64,000 nucleotides of DNA, taken from positions 832,001 through 896,000 of the forward strand of contig JBESAV010000001.1 of assembly GCA_041242255.1 (NCBI GenBank), read 5' to 3'. The stretch comes from Candidatus Altimarinota bacterium (lineage in GTDB: Bacteria > Patescibacteriota > Gracilibacteria > UBA1369 > GCA-2718715). The stretch's first letter is position 1. Every line of letters starts with the position of its first letter. The notes below the pieces were generated by a model. The model did not search any database and was not told the origin of the DNA. It saw nothing but the letters and a program-made list of their open reading frames with translations. The position numbers were made by a program, and so were the translations under genes. This document shows positions 1 to 9,927 of this stretch, piece after piece.

Positions 1-35
1 CACCTGATACTTTTAGTAAAACCCTTTTATACATA

Positions 36-434
36 TTAATTTATATAGATTAAAAACAATATAAATGAAATTAAGATACCAATCAAAATCCCAGTTAAAA
101 CATTAGAAGTAGAACCTTCATCATCAGCCAACTCTTCGTCTTTCTTTGACTCGCCTGCGAGCTCAACCAAGAAATCAGCATCCAAAACAATATCTTCGTC
201 TTTATATAACCCCATCAAATCATCAAAATCTCTTGATATAATTAGTTTTAAGAACTTAGAGAACTTTAATCTGATCAACCCCTTACTCAAAACCTGCATG
301 TCATCTCCTTTTCCAGAATCAATGTGACTCACCTCAAACCCAGCATCCTCTAAGCTACCTAAAGTTTTATCCTGTTTACCAATTTTCTTAACTTTCTTCA
401 CAGGAATTTTTATAGCCTTATCTTTTTTACTCAT
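36..434 (-). CDS. hypothetical protein with C-terminal transmembrane helix
   Basis: 132-aa ORF; hydrophobic C-terminus VLTGILIGILISFILFLIYIN; downstream of secA. Confidence 0.75.
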   Translation of the reverse strand: MSKKDKAIKIPVKKVKKIGKQDKTLGSLEDAGFEVSHIDSGKGDDMQVLSKGLIRLKFSKFLKLIISRDFDDLMGLYKDEDIVLDADFLVELAGESKKDEELADDEGSTSNVLTGILIGILISFILFLIYIN

Positions 435-497
435 ATTAATGAATTTATTTCTAGAAGATTACAACAATCAAACAAGATTGAAACAAACTCAACTTTA

Positions 498-2984
498 CTA
501 ATCCTTCACATCAAGCCTACGAACATCCTCATATCGAATCTTAAACATAGTATTAACTATATTTGTATCGATACTAGCAAGCAGCAATTGAAATCTTCTA
601 TATGCCTCATCTTTGTACACCAATAACGGATTCTTCTGACCATAGGCCTGAAGCGCTACATTTTGCCTTAGATGTTGCATATCTTCAATATGCTCCATCC
701 ATAGTCGATCAATAACTGACAATGCAACCTCCCTTTCAATATCTCTTAAAATAGATCCATCCACCAACCTCTTCTCAATTTCTCTATAAGCTTTAACCAA
801 GAAGTCACCAATATAATCACTTAACTCATCTCCAACTCTATTCATATCCGACGCTCTCACATTAACTAGCGCACCTTCAGTCTCATCCGCCTCAACACCA
901 GAAACCTCAAGTAACTTTTCAACTGAAATAGCAACTTCATCATCATGGATCGATCTAACAACCTCAACAATCTCAGCGTAATCATACCCATCTGGTAAAC
1001 GATGATTCATTACAATATTTTTAGCCTCCGCTCTAAATCTAGCAATAGTCTCTTCACTTAAGTCACCACCAAACAGTATCTCCCTTCTCTTAGAATAAAC
1101 AATCTCCCTGTGGTAATTCATCACATCATCATACTCTACAATATGCTTCCTCATATCAAAGTTTCTACCCTCAACTCTCTTCTGAGCACTTTCAATACTC
1201 TTAGATATGATTCGACTTTCTACAGGCATATCTTCAGGAACATTCATAGATTCCATAATTTTTTTCATACGATCACCACCAAAAATTCTCATCAAGTCAT
1301 CTTCCATTGATATATAGAACTGACTCACCCCAGGGTCACCCTGACGTCCAGAACGACCTCTCAACTGATTATCAATCCTTCTACTTTCATGTCTTTCAGT
1401 CCCGATCACATACAAACCACCAAGCTTCTTCACACCATCACCCAACTTAATATCAGTACCTCGTCCAGCCATGTTCGTTGCAATCGTCACAGCCCCTTGA
1501 TGTCCAGCGTCCGCTACAATATCGGCCTCTTTCTCATGATGCTTAGCATTCAAAACTTTATGCTTAACACCATGAATCTTCAAAAGCTTACTTAAGGCCT
1601 CAGACTTCTCCACCGAAACAGTACCAATCAATACCGGTTGGCCTTTTTTATTTATTTCTTTTACATCTTTTGCCACTGCTTTCAACTTACCAGCATAAGA
1701 CTTGTAAATAACATCAGACTTATCGTCTCTCTTGATTGGTCTATGAGTTGGAATAGATACAACCTCTAAACCATAAATCTTATAAAACTCCTCTTCTTCA
1801 GTTTTCGCAGTACCCGTCATCCCAGCAAGCTTATCAAAAAGCCTAAAGTAATTCTGGAATGTAACCGTAGCCAAAGTTTTACTTTCTCTTTTAACCTCAA
1901 CTTTCTCTTTTGCCTCAATTGCCTGATGTAAACCATTACTATATCTTCTACCTTTCATCAAACGTCCAGTAAACTCATCAACAATCATCACCTCACCATC
2001 CTTAACCATGTAATCAACATCTTTCTTAAACAAAGCCTGAGCCTTCAAAGCTTGCTCAATGTAATGAACAGTTTGGAATCCACCTTCCTCATAAATATTA
2101 TCCATACCCAAAAGTTTCTCCATCTTCTCAATACCTTCTTCAGTCAAAGTTGCAGACTTCATTTTCTCATCAACATTGTAATCTTCATTCTCAACTAACT
2201 GCTTCACTAGAGTTGAAAATCTAGCATATTGCTCAGTATCAGCTGATGCCGGTGCAGAAATAATCAATGGGGTACGCGCCTCATCTATTAAGATTGAATC
2301 AACCTCATCCACAATTGCATAAGCCAAATTTCTCTGAACAACACGCTCTTTTTGCGTCGCCATGTTATCTCTCAAATAATCAAAACCAAATTCATTGTTT
2401 GTTCCATAAACGATATCTCTACTATAAATATCTTTTTTCACATCTGGCTGCTGTCCAGTCAAAATTGTCCCAACGCTCATTCCCAAAAACTCATACAAAC
2501 CAGCCATCCACTCTGCATCACGCTGTGCTAGGTACTCATTTACTGTAACCACAAAAACTCCCTTACCAGTCAAAGCATTCAAGAAAACTGGACATGTACA
2601 CACTAACGTCTTCCCTTCCCCAGTTCTCATCTCTGCAATTTTTCCTTGATGCATTACTATTCCACCAATTAACTGAACATCATAATGAACCATATCCCAA
2701 GTCACCTCTTCCCCTCTCACATCCCAGGACTCTCCTTTCAAAAACTTGGCCGCAGCCTTCACCAAACCAAAAGCCTCTGGCAGAACATGATCTAAAGACT
2801 CTCCCTTTTCCTGAACTCTTTCTTTCAATTTTTCAGTAACTTCTAAGAAATCTTCTCTTTTCTTCAAATTCTCAGAATAATTCTCAAACCAATAATTTAT
2901 CTCTGGAACAATTTTCTCTGCACGTTTAATATTTCGCTTATTTGCATCCCCTGCAAGCATTTCAGCTATCTTTCTTATAACCAT
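498..2984 (-). CDS. secA: preprotein translocase subunit SecA (no C-terminal SEC-C zinc tail)
   Basis: AEMRTGEGKTL Walker A, IVDEVDSILIDEARTPLIIS, ATNMAGRGTDI, RRIDNQLRGRSGRQGDPG. Confidence 0.99.
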   Translation of the reverse strand: MVIRKIAEMLAGDANKRNIKRAEKIVPEINYWFENYSENLKKREDFLEVTEKLKERVQEKGESLDHVLPEAFGLVKAAAKFLKGESWDVRGEEVTWDMVHYDVQLIGGIVMHQGKIAEMRTGEGKTLVCTCPVFLNALTGKGVFVVTVNEYLAQRDAEWMAGLYEFLGMSVGTILTGQQPDVKKDIYSRDIVYGTNNEFGFDYLRDNMATQKERVVQRNLAYAIVDEVDSILIDEARTPLIISAPASADTEQYARFSTLVKQLVENEDYNVDEKMKSATLTEEGIEKMEKLLGMDNIYEEGGFQTVHYIEQALKAQALFKKDVDYMVKDGEVMIVDEFTGRLMKGRRYSNGLHQAIEAKEKVEVKRESKTLATVTFQNYFRLFDKLAGMTGTAKTEEEEFYKIYGLEVVSIPTHRPIKRDDKSDVIYKSYAGKLKAVAKDVKEINKKGQPVLIGTVSVEKSEALSKLLKIHGVKHKVLNAKHHEKEADIVADAGHQGAVTIATNMAGRGTDIKLGDGVKKLGGLYVIGTERHESRRIDNQLRGRSGRQGDPGVSQFYISMEDDLMRIFGGDRMKKIMESMNVPEDMPVESRIISKSIESAQKRVEGRNFDMRKHIVEYDDVMNYHREIVYSKRREILFGGDLSEETIARFRAEAKNIVMNHRLPDGYDYAEIVEVVRSIHDDEVAISVEKLLEVSGVEADETEGALVNVRASDMNRVGDELSDYIGDFLVKAYREIEKRLVDGSILRDIEREVALSVIDRLWMEHIEDMQHLRQNVALQAYGQKNPLLVYKDEAYRRFQLLLASIDTNIVNTMFKIRYEDVRRLDVKD

Positions 2985-3046
2985 CTAACCTCATTAATTT
3001 TTAACAAAAACAACATACTCCTTTTCCAAAGATATGTTAAGAAACT

Positions 3047-3613
3047 TTACTTAAATCTAAATCTAATATCTTGAATAATATTACTAATAGCCCGACTATG
3101 CTTTTTCATAACATTCTCAAAAGAATGCTTTATAACAAAACCAACTCCAATTTTTAAAATCATGTTATTCGTATACCCAGCTCTCTCCTGCAAAACCTTT
3201 AAGTCAATCACACCACCCTTAGTAATAACATCAATCCCAATCACATACAAAAAATCCTCAGAGAAAGAATTTAATACAGATTCTTTTGTAAAGTCTTCTT
3301 GGTCAAAAAAACATTTAGTTAATGCTATCGCCCATTCTTTCTTTTCATCAGATTCAAAAACTGCATTCTCTAATTCAATCTTAGACTCCAAACATTTTGC
3401 AACTTTATCTTTTTTATAATTTAAACGAGAAATATCCAACAACGACCTTGAATCAACCGAAGGATCCAAAATCATATCACAAACTTCACCCAAACTCATA
3501 CCAGTATGGTTTTCAAGTCCACTTTCTGAATTAGGGATATATTCCTGACTTTCATTAACATCAATATCTCGAAAATCAATTTGATATCTATCTTTAAAAC
3601 CTTTTTCAGACAT
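3047..3613 (-). CDS. hypothetical (orphan) protein
   Basis: ORF track starts at 3637; ATG at 3613 (MSEKGF) overlaps the upstream stop (ATGTCTGA) and is the more likely start; no recognisable motif. Confidence 0.65.
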   Translation of the reverse strand: MSEKGFKDRYQIDFRDIDVNESQEYIPNSESGLENHTGMSLGEVCDMILDPSVDSRSLLDISRLNYKKDKVAKCLESKIELENAVFESDEKKEWAIALTKCFFDQEDFTKESVLNSFSEDFLYVIGIDVITKGGVIDLKVLQERAGYTNNMILKIGVGFVIKHSFENVMKKHSRAISNIIQDIRFRFK

Positions 3614-5066
3614 TTCTATTTTGTTTATTTTCACCATGAGACTGAAACACTACAAGCAAGGTTCTCAGTAAAATCTTAATATCCAACCACAAACTCCAAT
3701 TCTCAATGTAATAAGAATCAAGCTTAACCTCATTCTCAAAACTCAAATCAGATCTACCACTTATTTGAGCCAACCCTGTAACACCAGGCTTAATATTAAA
3801 AACAAACCTATGATGATCTTTATAACGGGCCACCTCCTCAGGCAGATGAGGCCTCGGACCAACTAAACTCATATTCCCAATCAACACATTCAAAAGCTGA
3901 GGCAATTCATCTATATCAAATCTTCTCAAAAATTTACCGATACGAGTAATCCGAGGATCGTCACCAATCTTTACAAGCTCATCTCCTCGGATATCTTTAT
4001 CCGCAAGTTCACCATACCTCATCATATGAGATTTAGGCTTCATAGTCCTAAACTTAAAACAATAAAACAATCTCTTCATATACCCCACTCTTTTAACAAC
4101 CGTTTCTCCATCGTCCAAGTAATACCAAAGCACCGTAGACTTAGGATCATCCAACTTTATCAACACAGAAACAACCAAAAACAAAGGACTCAACACAATC
4201 AACCCAATCAAGGAAACAATAAAATCAAAACCTCTTTTCATAACTCTCCCCCAACCTTGAAGTCTTGTATTTTGCATTTCAAAAATAGGCAAATCCCCAA
4301 CTTGGTGCATATTCACATTATGCCTTTGAATATCAAAAACCTCAGGAACATAAGAATAAACCTTTTGATTATATCTACAAAAACTCAATATATCTTCATT
4401 CAAATTCTCATGATCACAAACTCCGATCTGCATAACTTCATCAAATTCTAAACTATCTAAAGCTACAACCAAGTCATCTAGTCCACCAAGTTGCTTAATT
4501 CCATTAACAGAAAGTTTCTTATCAGAAAAATAACCAATCACCTTATATTCTTCAGTTTCATTTAAATCTTTAAGCACATCAGAAAGTATATTTTTATCCA
4601 TCGAAACCAGAACCAATCTCTTAACTCCAACTCCCCTACTCAACAAATACCTCCTCAACTTCCAAATAATACCTCTAAAAACACCCAAAAATACAAAACT
4701 CAAAAAGACATTAAAAACAATCACAAATCTTGAGAATGGAAATGCTCTCTGGAAAAAGTAAAAAAGAACCACCAAAGCAAACCATGACAAACAAGACCTC
4801 AATACACTTTTCAGTTCACGCCAAAAAGATCTTCTCTCCAATGCATAAAGACCAGTGAATACAAAAACTACTATAAAACTTATCGAAGCCCTTACACTCC
4901 AAAACCTAAATTCATCCCAAGACTTATATAAAGAGTAATCAACAGTATCAAAAAACCCAAAAACTCCACTCTGTCTCAAAAAATATGTAACCACAAAAGC
5001 CAACCAAACCAAAAGCAAATCCCCAACTATCTTCCCTATCGCTAAGTTAAGTTCGGTTTTCTTCAT
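3606..5066 (-). CDS. polyprenyl-phosphate sugar phosphotransferase (WcaJ/CpsE-like bacterial sugar transferase)
   Basis: N-terminal TM helices, then KRGFDFIVS, FKFRTM, DPRITRIGKFLRRFDIDELPQLLNVLIGNMSLVGPRP, KPGVTGLAQISGRSDL. Confidence 0.95.
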   Translation of the reverse strand: MKKTELNLAIGKIVGDLLLVWLAFVVTYFLRQSGVFGFFDTVDYSLYKSWDEFRFWSVRASISFIVVFVFTGLYALERRSFWRELKSVLRSCLSWFALVVLFYFFQRAFPFSRFVIVFNVFLSFVFLGVFRGIIWKLRRYLLSRGVGVKRLVLVSMDKNILSDVLKDLNETEEYKVIGYFSDKKLSVNGIKQLGGLDDLVVALDSLEFDEVMQIGVCDHENLNEDILSFCRYNQKVYSYVPEVFDIQRHNVNMHQVGDLPIFEMQNTRLQGWGRVMKRGFDFIVSLIGLIVLSPLFLVVSVLIKLDDPKSTVLWYYLDDGETVVKRVGYMKRLFYCFKFRTMKPKSHMMRYGELADKDIRGDELVKIGDDPRITRIGKFLRRFDIDELPQLLNVLIGNMSLVGPRPHLPEEVARYKDHHRFVFNIKPGVTGLAQISGRSDLSFENEVKLDSYYIENWSLWLDIKILLRTLLVVFQSHGENKQNRNV

Positions 5067-5121
5067 TTGGCATATTTATTTGTGCCGATTCTAAAGATTA
5101 ATTTCAATTTTTCAAGTAATT

Positions 5122-5482
5122 GCCCCTTGAAATAAGCCGGATTCTGTTACCAAAAGGTAGTGGTTATTTATCTAGGACTAGCCTCGCGACTAACCTCCTG
5201 CACCAGGCAACAGTAGACTAGAGAAATATAGTTAAATCTACCATTCCCATCCTGGCTTGCATCAGATAGGGTTTACCAGCTACTACTTGTCACCAAGTAG
5301 GCCCGATCTAAGATCAGCTTTTCACCTTTCACTCCGAAGAGCTAGTATTGTCTCTGCGGCACTTTCCCTAATTACAACTCGTAAAACTAATTGTAACCGG
5401 CAGACGTTATCTGCTATCCATTTCTCTGATGTCCGGACTTTCCTCTGACCTAAAAATAGACCAGCAACCACTTTCAAGGAGC
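5122..5482 (-). ncRNA. rnpB: RNase P RNA (bacterial type A-like)
   Basis: Minus strand has GAGGAAAGTCCGG near the 5' end, GGAAAGTGCCGCAGA and GGTAAACCC internally, and ACAGAATCCGGCTTA near the 3' end; termini CTCCTTGAAA / TTTCAAGGGG pair as P1. Confidence 0.95.
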
Positions 5483-5589
5483 CCTCCTACTATAACACAA
5501 ATCCAAAGCCAATCAAGATCCAACCGAAACGTAACTTCTAAGCTTTCGTATAAATGGTAGCATATGCAAAGTATTAACTAATATACAAT

Positions 5590-7794
5590 ATGAGTAAATT
5601 ACGAAATCTATCGTTACTTACGATGATAACTCTCCTTGTAGGTCAGTTGGGAGCTTCAGCTTTCACTCCTTACCAAGTCGAGAACAAAGCAAAAGTCCTC
5701 CTTTACTGGGGTGACATTCAAGAAAATATAACTGCAGGTACCAACAAAGACTTTGATGGTACTATTCAAGGTAAAGACGGAAGAGTTTTAGCTCTTCAAT
5801 CAGTAGCCTTCGAATCAAATGATGAAATTAATCAAAAAGATTCTAGAGCCACTGGACAAGTTGAGTTCGAATCAACAATCCAAGCCGGAGTTGATGGACT
5901 ACTACTACTTATCAGCGAAAATGAAACAGAATTAGAAATCACAACTAATGAACTTGGTACACAAACCATTGATATAAGTGATCTTATTTCAAATGATTTT
6001 GAGTTCACATCAGGAGATATGGGAATCGCAGCTCAATACTTAGGAAAAGACTTTCTAAACACTCCAGAAAACCCAAGTACAACTGGAGCATTCTCAGATA
6101 CTCCTAGCTCAGAATGGTACTTCAAATACGTTCAACGTATTAAAGATCGCCAAGTCCAAAACCAACCAATCTTTGAAGGTTACAAAACATCTTCAGGGCA
6201 ACTAACTGGTAGATTTGGGCCAGCCGACAACATTACAGTTGGAGAAATGCTGAAAGTAGTATTGAGAGTTTCTGGATTAGATGAAAACAACTCTAATCTA
6301 GACGCATCACTTACTAACTCTACTCACTGGTCAGTAGGATTCCAAAATACTGCAATCAATGAAGGACTTACTATTATGGAAGCTGTAGGAATCGATCCTG
6401 ACAGACCAGTTTCAAGAGGTGAATTTTTCCAAGCTCTATCAGAAGCACAAGGTCTAATGACTGCTCAAAATTTCAACACCTATGATTGTTCAATCACAGA
6501 TTTAGACTTTGAAGACTTAGACAGCAGTAACCCATACACCGAATACGCATGTATCTTAGTAAAAGATGGAGTAATCTCAGGAACAGATGATGGATTCCTA
6601 AATCTTTATAGCAATATCAACAGAGCTGAAGTGGCAAAAATCTTAAACACAGCTTTAGACATCTACGTTGAACAACCAAACAATATCCAGGACGAAATTG
6701 ATAATGTGATCGACCTAGACGAAAGCAATAACTCTACTTCAGGTGGATCAAACTCAGGAAGCAACGGTGGTTCAAACAGTGGTGGAAGTACAACTGCAAC
6801 TATATCTGATGCCATTGTTCAAAACTCTTTACCATCACAACCAGATAGATACTACGAAGTAAGATCAACCAACTCTCTAACTATCGACGAAGTTGATAAT
6901 TCCCTAATTACAATGACTTGGACTAGCCAAGGTCAATCAGTTGCAAACTCTGTAACTGGAGATACTCTATTAGACTCAATTACAGTAAATAACGGAACAA
7001 TCTTACGTATCAAAGCTACAAATATAGATTGGGAAAACGTAGATTACACTCTAGAATTTTTAGAAGGAGCCTTCACATATTCTGATGGTTCTATCAATGC
7101 TGAAAGCACTTTAGTTTTCAATCCAAACTTCGCTACTTCAGGTCCAGCTTTAACATGGGGGACTCAAGAGGTTACCTACAATGACAACGCAATGTTTATA
7201 ACTATTGCGGTTGATGACTCTGTAAATATAGATTTCTCTGATGATCCAAAACAACACTTCAACATCACTAGACCAGAAGGTGTTCCTGCTTTAGCTATTG
7301 CTGTATCTAAAGCTTTTGGTAGCTCAAACGACATACTTCTCGCAATTGATACTGACACTTCATTTACAGAAGGAGAAGCGGGTGGTATCTACAATATCAA
7401 CATAGATGGCCTACAATATCAGTCAGGTCTAGATGTTCCAGTATTCGATAGCACATTTACAATCAACTCGAGAGTAGTAACAGAATTAACTCCAGTAAGT
7501 ACAAATCTAACTAGTTCTAGCCTAGCTTTCAGGCTATCAGGTCCTAATGACAACAAATACCTTAGACTTGATGATTTCGAATTCTTCTTAGAGGAAGTAG
7601 AACAAGTTCAAGGTGGAGGAGTAGACTACAATGATATATCTGACACTCTTAGAGACCCAGTTGTAAATAGTACAACAGGAAATCTAGAAATCAGACAAAA
7701 CCTTCAATGGAATAACGGAAACTATATCCTAACCATCGAAGACACAAGATTCAACGAAACAGAATCATTTAGTTTCACTGTAAACGAACAATAA
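5590..7794 (+). CDS. secreted S-layer homology (SLH) domain protein with beta-rich C-terminal domains
   Basis: Signal peptide ending ASA; SLH-like FSDTPSSEWY...FGPADNITVGEMLKV and FEDL...GVISG...INRAEVAKIL; G/S/N linker at about 6735-6790. Confidence 0.8.
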   Translation: MSKLRNLSLLTMITLLVGQLGASAFTPYQVENKAKVLLYWGDIQENITAGTNKDFDGTIQGKDGRVLALQSVAFESNDEINQKDSRATGQVEFESTIQAGVDGLLLLISENETELEITTNELGTQTIDISDLISNDFEFTSGDMGIAAQYLGKDFLNTPENPSTTGAFSDTPSSEWYFKYVQRIKDRQVQNQPIFEGYKTSSGQLTGRFGPADNITVGEMLKVVLRVSGLDENNSNLDASLTNSTHWSVGFQNTAINEGLTIMEAVGIDPDRPVSRGEFFQALSEAQGLMTAQNFNTYDCSITDLDFEDLDSSNPYTEYACILVKDGVISGTDDGFLNLYSNINRAEVAKILNTALDIYVEQPNNIQDEIDNVIDLDESNNSTSGGSNSGSNGGSNSGGSTTATISDAIVQNSLPSQPDRYYEVRSTNSLTIDEVDNSLITMTWTSQGQSVANSVTGDTLLDSITVNNGTILRIKATNIDWENVDYTLEFLEGAFTYSDGSINAESTLVFNPNFATSGPALTWGTQEVTYNDNAMFITIAVDDSVNIDFSDDPKQHFNITRPEGVPALAIAVSKAFGSSNDILLAIDTDTSFTEGEAGGIYNINIDGLQYQSGLDVPVFDSTFTINSRVVTELTPVSTNLTSSSLAFRLSGPNDNKYLRLDDFEFFLEEVEQVQGGGVDYNDISDTLRDPVVNSTTGNLEIRQNLQWNNGNYILTIEDTRFNETESFSFTVNEQ

Positions 7795-7799
7795 AACTC

Positions 7800-7834
7800 A
7801 AAAGACCACTCCTTAAACTGGGTGGTCTTTTTTT
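7800..7834 (+). terminator. intrinsic terminator, probably bidirectional
   Basis: AAAAGACCACTC-loop-GGGTGGTCTTTT followed by a T run, between convergent genes. Confidence 0.85.
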
Positions 7835-7857
7835 ATGTTTGAATTTTCACTCAAGCT

Positions 7858-8436
7858 CTACTGCCCTCTAAAATAATAACAAGCTTTTAAGCATTCACGA
7901 GCTTTATCGTGATTAGGTTCTATCTCTAAAATTTTATTAAAAACCTTTTCAGCATCTAAAAATTTTCTTTCATTCAAATAACATACTCCAAGATCACATA
8001 AGATAAAAATATCATCAGGTGACATCATTGTAGCTCTCTTCAAAAGCACAATTCCTCTTTCTTTTTCACCATAGTGGTAAACAGACCAACCTAGACACCT
8101 AAGTATCTCAGGATGATTTGGCTCCATACTATCTGCAATCTCAAGCTCATAAATAGATTCTTTCCATTCATTCACACTAGAATAAGCAAAACCAAGCAAA
8201 TAATGAGCATTGGCACTTTTAGGATTAACTCTCTTTGCTTGCTTCAATGCCTTTATTGCATTTGGAAACTGCCTAAGACTCAAGTAGTTATCTCCTATTT
8301 CCTCTAAAGCTTCATTACAATCAAGATCATCACATAAGATATCCTCACAAATTGATATAGCTTCGTGATGCAAACCCATCAATTTCTTCTCATCTGCCTC
8401 TTTTAATGCGTGACAGTAAGGTGAATTTTCAAACAT
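7858..8436 (-). CDS. tetratricopeptide repeat protein
   Basis: Repeated TPR pattern: AHYLLGFAY, EILRCLGWSVY, ILCDLGVCYL, with xP turns. Confidence 0.85.
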   Translation of the reverse strand: MFENSPYCHALKEADEKKLMGLHHEAISICEDILCDDLDCNEALEEIGDNYLSLRQFPNAIKALKQAKRVNPKSANAHYLLGFAYSSVNEWKESIYELEIADSMEPNHPEILRCLGWSVYHYGEKERGIVLLKRATMMSPDDIFILCDLGVCYLNERKFLDAEKVFNKILEIEPNHDKARECLKACYYFRGQ

Positions 8437-8458
8437 ATTTCTTTTTACAAATCTAATT

Positions 8459-8467
8459 ATTATAGCA
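8459..8467 (-). promoter_or_regulatory. extended -10 promoter TGCTATAAT (proximal, TPR gene)
   Basis: Perfect TGnTATAAT about 22 nt upstream of the ATG. Confidence 0.6.
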
Positions 8468-8576
8468 AAATATGATTAAAAACTCTACTCCAACAAATTA
8501 ACTTACTACAAAATACAAAACCTTATAAATAAGGGCGCTATCGAGCCAAAGAAGAATTCTTAAAAGACAAATTACA

Positions 8577-8585
8577 ATTATAGCA
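8577..8585 (-). promoter_or_regulatory. extended -10 promoter TGCTATAAT (distal copy)
   Basis: Second identical TTGCTATAAT 118 nt upstream of the first. Confidence 0.5.
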
Positions 8586-8611
8586 AGTCTGCTTTAAGCA
8601 CAAAACACATA

Positions 8612-9502
8612 CTAAAGCTTACCTTTCAGATATTCCATAAACTCATCTTTCAAATCATCCCTACTTAATGCCACTTCAACAGAGGCCTTCAACATTCCTA
8701 TCTTAGAACCGGTATCAAATCTTTTCCCATCAACTATTTTTGCCTTAATTGAAAGATTATCATCCAAAGCCAAACCAAATGCATCCGCCAAACGTATCTC
8801 TCCGTCTATTTCATCTTCCTTAAATTTATCCTGAACTCTTTCTAGCATATTCATTACATCTGGAGTCACAACATACTTACCTATCACTCCATAATTTGAT
8901 GGGGCTTCAGACAAAGACAATGGCTTCTCCACAAAACCATCAATTCTAGCAGAATTACTGTCACCAAATTCACCCTCTAAACTAACTACACCATACTTAG
9001 AAAGATCCTCGTCTGGAACCTCGGTCACAGCGATAACACTATCACCTGACCTCTCATACTCATCTATAAGCTGACTTAAAGCTGGTCTATCACCAAACAC
9101 TAAATCATCTCCAAACATCACTGCACAAGGCTCATCTCTAACCAACTCTAAAGCCTGCAAAATAGCATGCCCATCTCCCATAGGAATTGGCTGACGAACG
9201 TATACAAATCTAGCAAGGTTAGGTATATCCAAAACCTCCTTAAGTAAATCATGCTTCCCTCTCTCTACCAAGGTATGCTCCAACTCAAAAGATTTATCAA
9301 AGTAATCCTCAATAGCTCTTTTTCCTCTACCAGTCACCAAAATAATCTCTTCAATACCAGAAGCTACAGCCTCCTCAACCAAATAATGTATAACTGGCTT
9401 ATCAACAACTGGTAACATCTCTTTTGGTTGTGTCTTAGTCACAGGCAAAAATCTTGTCCCAAAACCAGCCACAGGAAATATCGCTTTTCTTACTTTCTTC
9501 AT
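8612..9502 (-). CDS. galU: UTP--glucose-1-phosphate uridylyltransferase
   Basis: KAIFPVAGFGTRFLPVTKTQPKEMLPVVDKP, GDGHAIL, FVEKP. Confidence 0.95.
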   Translation of the reverse strand: MKKVRKAIFPVAGFGTRFLPVTKTQPKEMLPVVDKPVIHYLVEEAVASGIEEIILVTGRGKRAIEDYFDKSFELEHTLVERGKHDLLKEVLDIPNLARFVYVRQPIPMGDGHAILQALELVRDEPCAVMFGDDLVFGDRPALSQLIDEYERSGDSVIAVTEVPDEDLSKYGVVSLEGEFGDSNSARIDGFVEKPLSLSEAPSNYGVIGKYVVTPDVMNMLERVQDKFKEDEIDGEIRLADAFGLALDDNLSIKAKIVDGKRFDTGSKIGMLKASVEVALSRDDLKDEFMEYLKGKL

Positions 9503-9505
9503 ATA

Positions 9506-9922
9506 CTAAATTACAATCTTTTTAACTTTCTTCTTTTTCAACTTTGGGATAGTAATCATCAAAATCCCATTACTAATCTCTGCTTCAATCCCATCTAAAT
9601 CTAAGCCTTCAGGAAGTACAACAGCTCTCCTAACTTCTCCCCAGTAACACTCCTTAACCATGAAATCTGCTGTCAAAAGATCCTTCCCTATAGATCTGCG
9701 TGCCACAATACTTAAAACCTCATCCTGGAGCTTAAGTTTTAAATCATCTTCACTTACCCCAGGCATAGGAGCCAAAAGCACTAAACTACTCTCATCCTGG
9801 TAGACATCAATTGAAAGATGACCAATCTTCGTAATATCTTTACTTTTATCAGATTCAGAGGTAACAGAGCTCAAACCCTGCCCAATCTCAACATCACCAA
9901 TCTTGTTTTCCCAAAAATTCAT
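9506..9922 (-). CDS. Hsp20/alpha-crystallin small heat-shock protein
   Basis: IDVYQD...APMPGV...ECYWGEVRRAVVLP...AEISNGILMITIPK. Confidence 0.9.
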   Translation of the reverse strand: MNFWENKIGDVEIGQGLSSVTSESDKSKDITKIGHLSIDVYQDESSLVLLAPMPGVSEDDLKLKLQDEVLSIVARRSIGKDLLTADFMVKECYWGEVRRAVVLPEGLDLDGIEAEISNGILMITIPKLKKKKVKKIVI

Positions 9923-9927
9923 AATAA

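Noticed and set aside
498-560. SecA lacks the C-terminal zinc-binding tail
   Set aside because: Common in lineages without SecB; not evidence of truncation.
5257-5448. 63-aa ORF on the + strand
   Set aside because: Antisense to the RNase P RNA gene; spurious.
6735-6790. Short imperfect repeats encoding SGGSNSGSNGGSNSGGS
   Set aside because: Ordinary low-complexity linker; not a CRISPR array or VNTR.
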